From Eledone cirrhosa (Eukaryota): 64,000 nt of DNA. The notes beneath the pieces are model-generated. The model ran no database searches. It was not told the origin of the DNA and saw only the letters and a list, made by a program, of their open reading frames with translations. The stretch lies in NCBI GenBank assembly GCA_964016885.1, contig OZ024743.1, positions 7,998,001 to 8,062,000 on the forward strand, read 5' to 3'. This document shows, piece by piece, positions 29,027 to 41,656 of the stretch. Position numbers and translations under genes: made by a program. Position 1 is the first letter of the stretch. Each line of letters opens with the position of its first letter.

Positions 29027-29480
29027 CGGCATCTTGAGAGCTTCGACGCAGCCGGTTTGCCTTCAAAATTGGAGCCGATTGGCCCCGATTGTGGCGATGA
29101 CAAGCGCCCCGACGGTTTACTTCCCTTTCAATGGAGGAAAATCCCTAATTTGGGACGCAGCGTACAGTGACTCGTTCTCCGACCCCAGCATTGTCGCTTC
29201 GGCCACAAACCCGGGTTCCGCTGCCCCCTGATGTGAAGGAGTGGAAGATAATCAAATATCTGGGCCTGATCGACCGCTTCCTCTTTGTACTGGTCGCCGT
29301 CGAGATCCCTGGTCCCAGCACTGCTGATTTCCTCTGTAAAGTCGGAAAGACGGCGGTCCGCTTAAGGAGGGAGCCCATTGCAGTGGAGTGGCAGTTGGGG
29401 TGGGTACACTTTTGCCATTTTGTCCGCGAAGCGCGGCTGAAGCATCGTACTGGCTGGGGTGTAGTGACTTTCCTCACCTT
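29024..29480 (+). pseudogene. Restriction-like endonuclease C-terminus of a CRE/R2-group non-LTR element
   Basis: LEP.G...[19 protein letters not shown]...DSF...KY..L...F.FV.VAVE across frameshifts. Confidence 0.7.
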
Positions 29481-29810
29481 CTCCCTTTCTTTCACCGCTT
29501 GATTCTTCTTTTTTCTTTCCTTCTCCCTTTTCTCTTCCCTTTAGCAGTGTGTTTTGTTTTATTAGGTATTGCTCAATTATTTTCATATAATGCCAATGGC
29601 CTTTCATGACATTGTGAGGTTTTGTATATTGAATAAAACAGATGTATCTAAAACGGTATTTCGAGAGAGATGGGGAAATAACCATAGTGAAATAAGGTAC
29701 TCAATACGTTAGTAGAGAGTAAACATGTTTATTACATAGAAAGCTTTTATATGACTAGATGATTCCATAAGAATAAAACAGTTCTAGTCATGTAGAAGTC
29801 ATATATATAT

Positions 29811-31318
29811 ATATCCTTTTCGCCTTAACTCTCCTGCTCTGAGCCGGTGCTACAGTAAAGCCAGAGTCCTGGTGTTTCTCCAGTACAAGGCGCATACAAT
29901 ACTCCACTACGACGATAAAAAGGTAGGAAGCCAATGTATCTCCCTGGACCACTCCAGCCAGTATCTCAAAGAACTCTGTCATCCCATCAGATGTAATGGC
30001 TTGGGCTTTGGTGTAGAGCAGTCCACTATATTCTTGGGGATTCCATAAGCCTGTAAGATTGTCATCAGGCTGTAACGGTCCACAGAATCAAAGGCCTTCC
30101 TAAAGTCAATGAAAACCATGACCGCAGGAAGGCACTTTGCTCTAGCTCCCTCTAATATCCTCCTCAGCATCAGGATATGACTGGTGGTTGATCTTCCAAC
30201 TCTGAAGCCATTCTGGTTGTCCCTGAACTTCTTCTCCATCTCGGGCTGGATCCTGTTAAGAATCATCCTGTTGGGGGTCTTTGCCACAAGTGACGTCAGT
30301 GAGATCCCCCTGTAGTTGTTGGTGTTAGAGAGATATCCTTTCTTTGGCACTGGGATGATGTTACTGATCCTCCACTGATTCGGGGCAACTCGTTTCTCCA
30401 GTGCCTGGTTACAGAACCCCAGGATGATATCCTCAAAATCACACCTCTTCATCACCTCTGATGCCACTCCATCCTCTCCATGATCTTTTTCTCAGCTCTC
30501 TGAAGCTCCTCTCTGGTGAAGAGCTCTGTCTCAATATCCAAAAGATATCGGATGCTGAATTTGCCGACGACATAGTTTTGGTGACAAATACAGTGAAGGA
30601 GACAGAGGATTTGATGTGGGAGGTTGAGACTGTGTCGATGAGTGTGGGGCTGAGAATGAATGAGACTAAAACAAAATATCTGGTAGAGAATGTTGAGAAG
30701 CCAGAGGGGATCACTAATGTAGGCGAGAAGCCGCTAGAATTGGTTGAGGACTTCCTGTATTTGGGAGCAAAGATTGGGAATACGGAAGATGATGTGGTTG
30801 AGAGGAAGAGCAAAGACTGGGCGGCCTACCACATCTTGAGATCGGTGTGGAAGTCGGACCTTCGTAAAGACCTGAAAATTCGCCTCTTCATTGCTGTAGT
30901 GGAGTCTGTGCTGCTGTACGGGTCTGAGACTTGGACACTGACCAAGAAACTCACTCAGATGGTGGATGGGTGCCACACGAGAATGCTGAGGATGGCTCTG
31001 AACATTAATCAGTATACACTGAGGATGAAAAACTCAGAGCTGTATGGGAGCCTCCCAAAAGTCAGCTCAAAAGTGACGCAGGGGAGATTGAGGTTAGCTG
31101 GACATGCTCACCGGCATCCAGAGTTGACATTGCACTCAGTGCTCTTGTGGGAGCCCCTACATGGACACACCGGAAGAGGAAGACCAAGGTTAACGTCTGT
31201 TGATGCCCTAAGGACAGACACTGGTCTGTTGGAGACGCAGGACATGGCAGCGATAAGGAGGGACAGAGACCGCTGGAGAGAACTCATCCATGGATCTCGG
31301 GAATTTTACCCGCCCTAG
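29811..31318 (+). mobile_element. RTE-clade LINE copy with inverted 5' segment (29811-30539 on -, 30540-31318 on +)
   Basis: Minus part: IIPVPKKG..NYRGISL, QNGFR, FIDFRKAFDSV, QGDTLA. Plus part: FADD, FLYLG, LLYGSETW, GRGRP. Confidence 0.92.
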
Positions 31319-31469
31319 AATATATACATACCCACATACACACATATATATATAAAGGAAATGATAATAAAAAAGAAAGAAAAAAGGATTCGAAAAGCGC
31401 AGCTGGTATATATATATAAAAAGGATCTATATAGCATATTTTAAAAAGTGATGTTAGCAAAAACCTCGG

Positions 31470-31900
31470 TCACCCTGACGACCAGGGCAAATACCCTCTT
31501 CCAATTGTTCTCCTCCGATGTTCGAGCGCAAACACAGAGCAGGCCCATTTCCTCAGACCATGCTCACCACTTTGACTCACCTTACAACAAACTGCTTGGA
31601 ATGTAGCGCTTGCCTCTCCGCCCTAATATTCCTCTTCAAGTAAAACCTGAAAACGTTATTCAGGGTTTTGCCGAGAAGGAGAGTGATTGTCTTCAACCTT
31701 TTCAAATGTGTCCACCACATGACCTATTTTTGCCATGGCCACAGGCAGATAAAGATTGCTTGTCCTTCTCGGCTAAAGGATGGCGGTGGGGCGATCTTCA
31801 CGATAATTTGTCAATGGTTGTTTTTTCCTCTTGTTTTCATTTACGGCAGGTTCCCCATACACTGGTCTCCGTCCTTCTCGTTCTCATTTGACAAAAAAGC
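31470..31900 (-). pseudogene. Possible Tx1/L1-group LINE 3' remnant
   Basis: Minus strand reads ...FRFYLKRNIRAER...FVVR*V..., resembling Tx1 ORF2 C-termini. This is from memory and weak. Confidence 0.35.
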
Positions 31901-33350
31901 TGGGGTAATAAACGAATTCGGAAGACGAAGGAAGAGTGTGGATGATGCATGTATGTTGTTCGTGTTAGTCCAGAATTTTGGGAAAGGGGATTTATTTGTA
32001 GCTTTGCTTTTGTTGCTGCTGCTGTTGCCGTTGTTTCTGCTGCTGCTGTTGCCGTTGTTTCTGTTGCTACACTATATTTTGTTTACATATGAACACATTT
32101 GAACTGATAGAGACAGAATAAGAGAATATTTTTTTTTATTTTGTGCAAATACAATTATTACATGTATTTAATGACCATAGTATTAAGTACCACAGAAAAT
32201 ATCTTCATTGTTTGCTCTCGTACCTCAGTTGTTGACATTAAAAAGCTTAAGATTTTTATCGTTAATTATATTTTTCCCTTAATTTGCTGGGCCTTTTTAA
32301 AGCATGCAATTTAGACATTAAATATTGAACTGAAGGCTATTCAACATCATACGAGCTACAGTAATACAAGAAAAGTCATGTTACATGAAAGATTGATTTT
32401 TAGACATGGTTTCATAGCAACACAACGTGTTTTATATAAGGGCAGCTATAATAAATAGTAAGGCGTATTATCACATATTTAGGGGAAATGACTTTGTTTT
32501 CAAAAAAACAGAAATGTGTGGTACTCAAATCAGCAGAGGGAAGTGAATGAAAGAGCTAAGAATTCAGGAGGTAATTGAAAATGACATTAACTTAAGCAAT
32601 GTTTGTGACCACATTACTCGGAGCTCTTAATTGAATTTTGTTTTCATTAACTTTAATTGCACATAAGTGAAGGTAATGAGCCGATTCAAGATCATAAAAT
32701 AAGAACAAAACTAAAAAAGCAATTTCATTTACAGTGCATTTTGATTTGATAGAAAACCTCGAGTAATTTTATGATGTCGATAACACTGAGCAACATAAAT
32801 GGAAAGTTTGAATAATTCCTGTGTGAATAATTCCTAGAAATAAAGGGAAATTAAATTATATTCAGATAATCACTTTAAGTATACTTGGATCGGACACATG
32901 TTTCAATTTCAAAATAGGGAAGCAGATGTACATGGACAAGTTTGTGCCCTCACTTCTCGTATTATGACTCTATGTGTTTATAACTAGATCTGTTTTTGTT
33001 TTTTTTGTCAATGTTTCTATTTACCTTTTTAAATCTGTTTCAGGGTTTTCAAGATTTGGAGAGTATGCGCTACTACCACCAATGTGATTAACGCTTCTTC
33101 TCACAACTCCAGTGGTGACCCTATTGAACCACTTATAAACAAACCGTAATAGATGTTTACAAGGATATTTGTATACGATAAAATTACCCAAGAAACTTTT
33201 TTACTAGAGCGAGGCGGATAAGGTGGATGTTAACCCGCCACCCCCGTTGTTTTTATCAGGTAATCATGGGGGTTAATTTATTCTAAGCGAAACTCTGTTG
33301 TGAAAATCTGCGCCTTTACGGTTAACATCTTCATCACTACCACCAATAAT

Positions 33351-35470
33351 AATTTCTACTATAGGCACAAGGCCAGCAATTTTGTGGGAGTGGAAAGTCT
33401 ATTAAATCAACCCCAGTACATTACTGGTACTTTATTTTATCGACCCCCGTAAGGATGAAGGAAAGCTCACATCGGCAAGATTTGAACTCAGATCGTAAAG
33501 GGGTGTAACTGCAAAGTATGGAGTCTGATGCTCTACCGATACTGCCAATACACCAACAATGACATGCAATGAAGCAGACTGGACTATCACAGTGGGTAAG
33601 AAATAATTATTCGCATAATCTCTTGCACCTCAATATTAGTCAAGAAATAATTGATTTATAGACATGAAAAAGTTGGGGCTTTTACTCAGTAGAACATATG
33701 TCAACATTGTGAAATAATAAGAGGTTGTGGTGTACGGACATCCAGATGTCCCTAGAATGAAAAGGCTGCCTTACTCTGGGTTAAGCCAATACATACAGAC
33801 AGGTAAATCATGGTTAGTCGTCAGAATACTGTTTCAAAGATCGTCAGAGAATAAAGTCCCAATAAAGCAATAATATAGATCTAAAGGAAATTCTGAATGT
33901 ATCTAAATCTACATAGCTAAAAATAGCGATAAAGAGAATAAAAACAGAAATAATCTAAACTATAATAAAGGAAAGTCTGCGGAACTGCGTACGATTTATT
34001 ATTTTTTTTTATCCCGTTTGTAGAATAAGTTGGATTACTTTGAATAAATAATTGTTTCTACTTTTTGGCACAAGGCCAGCAATTACCCAGTGCATTACTC
34101 GTACTTTATTTTATCGACCCCGTAAGGATGAAAGGTAAAGTTAACCTCGGCGGGATGAATATTACATAATTTATCTACTAAATTTCGTAAAGAAAAATAA
34201 TTTCGTAAAAATAAATAATTTAAAATTGACTTCTTTTCAAAGTTGCACTTAAGGTATATCGTTGCCACCACCACCACCACTTCAACTACCATATATATAT
34301 ATATAGAAAGAGAGAGTGCGTAATGTCAACACTTCCGGTGGCGATCGCTTAAATAAACATACTAATTTTTTGTCACTAATTTTCTCCTATATATAATATC
34401 GTCTTTTTTTAATGTATCATGGATTACGTTACTGATTACATAAGACAGTGTAACACAGTCTTCTTTCAATTTCTGTGTATATTGTCAATTACGATTTTAT
34501 TTGATCATATCTACTTGTATATATACTTGCGTATATACACACTACACATGTTAGCAGAAAACCACCCGAACGGTGGTTTTTCTGCTAGTCTTTTTAATAA
34601 TATCTGCCTAGAGAATACTTTTAAAAAATCATAAAAATACATAAGTAAAACACCAAAACTTAAAATTATGCATAACATACAGACAATAGAACAACTCGGT
34701 ACTGCACACATATTACGTAGAGTACTGTCAATACAATAGGAAATACAAAAGCAAAACAAAGCAGTGCACATACCCAAGGCTGCGGCAGGTAATGCAGTGT
34801 AATCACGCGATAGAAATACGATTACAAATATAACAACAACGACGACAATAATAATTGTTTCTATTTTAGGCACAAGGCCAGTAATTTGAGGGGAAAGTCG
34901 ATTAAATCCACCCCCAGTGTTTACTGGTACTTTATTTTATCAACCCGGTAAGGATGAAAGGCAAAGTTAACTTCAGCGGATTTGAACTCGATAGACAAAC
35001 GTAATGACAGAATACACACTAAAAATAAACAAAACGTCTAAACACACTGAAAGGCAAAGTTAATTTCAGCGGGATTTGAACTCAGAACGTAAAGGGCTAT
35101 AACTCTATGCTTCAAAGGCTCTACCAGTACTACCCATCTATCGCCAACGATGTCAATAATAACTTTTTATACTTTTGGCACAAGACCAGCAATTACTGGT
35201 ACTTTATTTTATCAATCCCGTAAGGATGAAAGGCAAAGTTAACTTCGGCGGGATTTGAACTCAGAACGTAAAGGGTCATAACTCTATGCTGCAAAAGCAT
35301 GGTGTCTGACGCTCTACCAATACTACACATCTATCGCCAAAGATGTCAATTATAACTGTTTCTACTTTTGGCACAAGGCCTGCAATTATCCCAGTGTATT
35401 ACTGGTACTTTATTTTATCGACCCGGTAAGGATGAAAGGCAAAGTTAACTTCGGCGGATTTGAACTCGAT
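33351..35470 (-). mobile_element. Cluster of SINE copies and fragments (33351-33556, 34050-34157, 34852-34990, 35049-35146, 35162-35340, 35355-35468)
   Basis: Repeated ctggtactttattttatcgacccc..aaggatgaaaggcaaagttaac motif. Confidence 0.8.
34600..34800 (+). mobile_element. 3' remnant of an RLE-type (R4/Dong/NeSL-like) LINE
   Basis: Translates as HNIQTIEQLGTAHILRRVLSIQ*, a typical C-terminal motif. Confidence 0.45.
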
Positions 35471-35887
35471 AGACAAACGTAATGACAGAATACACACTAA
35501 AAATAAACAAAACGTCTAAACACACTGAACAATGAATTACAAACAAAGAAAACCTCATCTTTTACACCATAAGTTATACTAGAATGATCCAAAATCTCAT
35601 AATTAAAACAAAAAGTATTTGCCATCAAACAAACGTAGTAAGAAACGAATTATTTCTAGCGTTTCCTTTCTGCTAACAGCGGTAGGATATAATTGTCAAT
35701 CCTGTAGCGAATAAATGCAACATATAGCAATAAAAATAACACAGACCGTCCAGTAAGTTCCAACGATTTGTGACTCAGTCGGAGATTCTACACGCCTACA
35801 TTTTCTGCTGAAATCGGTTTTTTTTCTGTGTAGCCGGAGTAGGGATGGCTATTCGCAGTACTCGGAGGAGAAGAAGAAGAAGAAGAA

Positions 35888-35933
<46 letters not shown>

Positions 35934-37829
35934 TCGTTATCTGCTGTAAGTGGGTGAGTAAGTTATAAGGAATGTGCATTAAAGGAAAGAATGAACCCAG
36001 ATTTATAACTTACAAATAGCGAACAATTATTATTCCTCCAATATTTAGCATCGGCTGTCAGCTAAGATTAGAATTCATAGAGATGGAAACAGTTCATTTC
36101 GTTGTTGCTGGATGCTATAACGGGAGGAAATTAGCCTGTTTATGGCTTCCATTTTATTTTTAGAATAGCGTTCCCCTTTTGTAACACTCCCTCCACAATT
36201 TTTCATTCACGTTTATGTTTTATTTTGCTTCGGTTTGGTAGAGGATATCTACTCTTTACGATCAAACTCAAATCTATGATGTTTAATCAATTAAGCCATA
36301 TTATAAAATTATTTAAAAAGTAATTTATTACTTATTACTAAATAATTTTTATTAAGGAAAAACAGAAATTTTAGAACTACTTTTTGTAACATGGCCATAT
36401 AACTCAGGATGAAGGATTGTGATATGCCAAACAGTTGAAAAATATTATTATCTGGAATCAAATAAGTTCTAGTGTTGATTTATTAGTTTCTTATTACAAG
36501 AAAATATTTGTTCTTTAGAATTAACATTAGAATATTGTAACTGAACAACAATATTATTTCTTTTATACAAGAAAATAACAGTTGAAAAGTCAACTACATC
36601 GTAAAAGAGTCATTTTAGTTATTTAATCAAACACACAAAAACTGTTATAGTCAGCTTTCATTTATTTTGAAAATTCATCGACCAGGTTGCAAGGAGTGCG
36701 ACGATAGTTTTGACATCACGAAAAGAACGAAAAGCGATATGATTTTTTTGTATGCTTTTTGAATAACTAAATTTACTCTCATCATATAACCATTTCAGTT
36801 TCAATACAGGGCCTAAAATCAAGCCACTTTCCAAACAAATACAACCCCGAAAACGTTGGAAGATTTAAAATCATATTTCAATATTCTATGTTACATATTT
36901 AATTTCAAGAAAATTGTTTAATATTGATATATATATATATCAAGAGCTCTTGCCTAAGCAATAGTAAATCAAATTATGTGATTATCATTTTAATCGATTA
37001 TTATTATCATCTTTATTATTATTATTGGTTTATTTTTATTGAGTGTTACTACATTACTGAGCACAGCTCTGTGTGCCTTGGGTATGTGCAGTGCTTAGTA
37101 GTGCTATTTTCTGTATGCTGTATTTGTAAGTACTGGGGTTTTGTTATGTATCTGTATGTGTGTGTTTTTATCATGGCCAGAGCATCCATTATTATAAGAA
37201 TTCTTTCTTTCTTCATCATCCACAGGGTTGAGGTCAGTGGACTGACAGAATCGTTAGAGCGTCAGACGAAATGTACAGTTACATTTAGTTACGTTCGTTC
37301 TGCGTTCAAATCCAACCAAGGTAAATTTTGTCTTTCATCTTTTCGGAATCCCTAAAATGTTAAGAATTAGGATAGATATAATCGACTTTCCCCTTCCCCC
37401 CGAATTACTGTGCCAATGCTAGAAAAGATTATTATTACCATTTATGATTAATTATCAATTTGAAGGCGACGAATTGGTAGAGTCGTTAGAATGTCGGATA
37501 GAATGCCTTGCAGCATTCGTTTCAGCTCTCTACTCAAATTATGCCGAGGTCAACTCTGTCTTTCATTCATTTAAGGTCGATAAAAAAAGTGCCAGTCTAG
37601 TACTGTGGTCGATTCTTCCTATATATCTTTTTCTCACTCCTATCCTTCATCGGAAGAAATCTGCTTTATTCAGGCCTGAGGAGGAGATGGGTTCTGCCAG
37701 GTTTAGAGATGCTCTAGAAACGTTGTATGTCAATACGGCGCCCTTACGACTGCATCAGAAGTTGCGGGACCATACATACATACATACATACATACATACA
37801 TACATACATACATACATACATACATACAT

Positions 37830-38436
37830 GGTGGCTGCCAACTCGTTTTCGAGTACGGCCACTACTCTATATCCATGTAGGAGAAACCCTACCGATGCGC
37901 TGAACGAGTGTGACTCTCTAGTCCAGCCAGCGACTTGAAAACTCTGGTACAAACAATACACCTGTGACAATTATTGACACATAGTACTTTGCCTTTGGTA
38001 CCATGTGATGACAAGTGCAGAGAGATCTCCAGATATAAAGCAATGCCTGTGTCGTGAAGCTTTTATAGTGAGCAAAGGCATTGCACAAAGCCAGTCCCAC
38101 TCTCTTAACCAAGCTGATATTTACCAAAAAGAAGAACAAGTCAACATCATTGGATACCATCAGGGTTGCAGGTGTTATATCAGAGTTTTCCTTCTCCTAG
38201 AATTCTGCCTTGACAAAGGCTAAGGGGTCATCTCTCCCAGTGATTTTGGATGGCCATTGACTCTTAAGAGCTCCTTTGCCCTTTGACAGGTTTTGTTTTT
38301 AGTCCTGCAGGATGTCCAAAGTCACCCTCCTCACCAAGAAACCTTGGTGGGGTTGCCAGTTTAGTCGCCAACGACCCGACCATGAGACAGGTTGTACTGG
38401 GATACATGTTTCCAGTAGCACCAACTGGTGACCTGA
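37830..38436. repeat. GC-richer interspersed-repeat-like segment inserted in (CATA)n
   Basis: Sharply bounded by (CATA)n tracts on both sides. Family not identified. Confidence 0.4.
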
Positions 38437-38482
38437 CATACATACATACATACATACATACAAACAAACATACATACATACA

Positions 38483-38513
<31 letters not shown>

Positions 38514-38960
38514 CAATTTGAATTGTCCTAAATGATTCAATAAACAACCGCCATCCGCAACATTAATGTATGCACGACCACATATTATATACAATAAAAT
38601 GTCGGGTGAGTTAGGTTAAGTCTCTTAAGCACACTGACATTTACGCACACACATGCATATATCATACATTTCACAACGCGCACGTTCGAAATGTTAAAGT
38701 ATTTTCATTTCATTTAACTTAAATCTGCTTTCCAAACAAACAAATCAATCCCGATCGATCGTTTAATTCTCTCATAAGGATACTCCCTTGATAATGGGTT
38801 TTTAAACTCGAAAATATTTGGGATTATCAAATTTGCTAAGGCAAGATTCTATTGTTATCTTAGCAACCTTGATTTTCTTTCTAGTGCATTGTATGGTTTT
38901 CAAAATTATTTAAATTTGTGTTTCCTTTCAACAATGCTTCAGTCAAACTACAACACTCTG

Positions 38961-39053
<93 letters not shown>

Positions 39054-39180
39054 CAGATGCACATGCACACTACACACATACGCAAAACGCACAAAAAAAA
39101 ACACATAAGACAACATGCAAGTTAAATGATAATGATGATATATATGTGTGTATATATATATATGTATATATCTCTCGCTC

Positions 39181-39282
<102 letters not shown>

Positions 39283-41656
39283 AGAGAGAGAGAAATAGCC
39301 TGGGGCTATAGCATTTAACTCCACGCTTTTAGCAAACCTCTAATTTTATGTCAACTTTTGGATTTAAGCTCAAATGAATCATACTTCTATAGAGAGAGAA
39401 ATCGAAACGTTATGTTTCGCATTTCTCAGCAGTATATGCTAACATTTAATGTTATCCAGATAACATGAAAATTGCACTACTCTCAGTGCAAGTACGTTTT
39501 CTTTTAGAAATATGCAGTTAACCTTTAGTTATACCCTACATGTTAACTTGTGTCTACTTTCAGTTACTCTCGTTCTCACCGGTTAACATCATTTGCCAAC
39601 TCTCACTAAATTATGTCATGAAGATATGATTGCCATCTATTAATTATATGAATACCCTGCTGACACTATCTTTTTTATTTTCCATAAGTATTTCATATTT
39701 TCTGATCTTTGAACCCAATAATAAATAACAGTATTTCATCTCAGTCCATTGTTGTATGCCGAGATATAAAATCTGATATACCTCTACTCTTATAGCGTAT
39801 TTTCGCTTTAAACAGACATTTGCGCTCATATTTTCTAACAGTAATTCTAGAAGATGAAATATTTCTATGTCTTTTCCTATTAACATACCATGGAAGGCAT
39901 CAACCATTCACGATATAGTATCTAAAATATAGCTTAATCATTAAAAAAATTACTTCCAAGCATCCAAGAAGTATGATGTTTTTATAAAGTGGCCAACATC
40001 TAATATCATTAAAGGGATCATTCTTAGATAAAAACACATTTTTAAACAGTATTAAGTATAACTTACAGTTGTAAACATAGGTTTGTTTTTTATTCAATTA
40101 ATGTCTCAATGCAATATCTCTTAATTTGAATTACGTATAAGTGAATAGTAAGTTTTGTATGTACACTGAAACATACATATGTAAATCATGATCATATTCG
40201 TTAATTACTTATTAACTAATGGTTATAAAAGGTATAGAAAAACGTATATTTGTTCTTATATGTATTTGATATGAGTAACTAAAGAAGTCTTCTTCAAAAA
40301 ACATTACGCAGAAGTCAGTCAAAATTGAATAAATAATTTAATGAGATAAATAGTAGACGTTGTTGATCGTTAGTTCCTACCCCGTCTCTCTTTCGTATGT
40401 GGGTGCATTCGGTGTGAGTTTAGTTTAATGAGAATAATGAGAAAGGAAAGAATCGAATATACGATAGAAAATAGAGTCAAATCTGGAGAAATATAGCTTA
40501 GATGAAAGTATACATGCTAAGTGTGATATCAGGAATTAGCAAATAAACTCCTAAAATATATTTCTTGAAATGAAACTCCCAATGCTGAGAAATTTAGTAC
40601 TTTTTAGACGTCTTTTGGAATGATATAAAAACCGTTAATAGATTGAAATAAATGCTACTAAGCATAAAAGCTAAAGATAGGTGGGTATTAAAAAATGAAG
40701 CTGTCGGAATGACAAGCGTGGATACTGGAAATTTTCGCCCTCCCAAAGCTGATATGAACTGCACACGAAAACCTGAAGCAAAAAGACTTACTGTTTCAGC
40801 ATGTCAATCGTTCGGCCGATGGATCCATTTAAATGTAATGAAACGTCAGACAACGGTGACGTTAATTGGACAGTACGACTTGATGACCTTTCACCGTTGA
40901 TATAGAATCAAAGGAATTGTCGACTACCTCATGAAAAGGTCACTCAAATATTGGAGATTATCATCATTATTTTCATGTATACGGGGGTCGACTTTAATCA
41001 TCGTCGTCGTCGTCGTCATCATCATCATCATCATCAACATCATTATCCTCATTACTACAGTTGTCATCATCACCATCCTTATCCCTACCATCATCATCGT
41101 AATCGTCAACACCACCATACGCATTTGTAACAAGATCAAGTATATTAGTTGCAAAAGACAATTCTATAGTTGGCGGAAGATAGTCATTCAGCATCCCTGT
41201 TTATGGGGTTGTAATTATTATTTGGGCCGAGAGGAAGCTGTTCCTTAAATGCTGGGTAGTGGTGGCCAACACGTACATCTGTTTGAGGATGTACTACTGC
41301 CTGATGTTCGTGTTTTGTCCCCCATGTTTAGTCTAAGTAAATTGGAGCAGTTTTCTTTTTTCTAGAAGGAACAGGTACCGTTGTTCATAAAGGTGAAATG
41401 TCGAAATCACACACTTTGCTAAGATCTCCATATATCCTCTTTGCCGATGTACAGATACCCTAAGGTTATGCATCAACGGAAGCCCTTGCGGAATTCGCTA
41501 ATGAAGATAACTTTCATACAATTGCTGTCTTGGGTTTAATGCTTACTAAGCATAGAGTATTTTTAGTGTCTCAAATTATTCCGTCAACACAGTAGTAGGA
41601 GAACGTTCGATTTCTATGATTAGTGAAGAGTATAAACGTCTATTAACTGGGTGTTA

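Noticed and set aside
34553-34588. Hairpin resembling a rho-independent terminator
   Set aside because: Eukaryotic context. It is more likely a small fold-back at a LINE truncation point.
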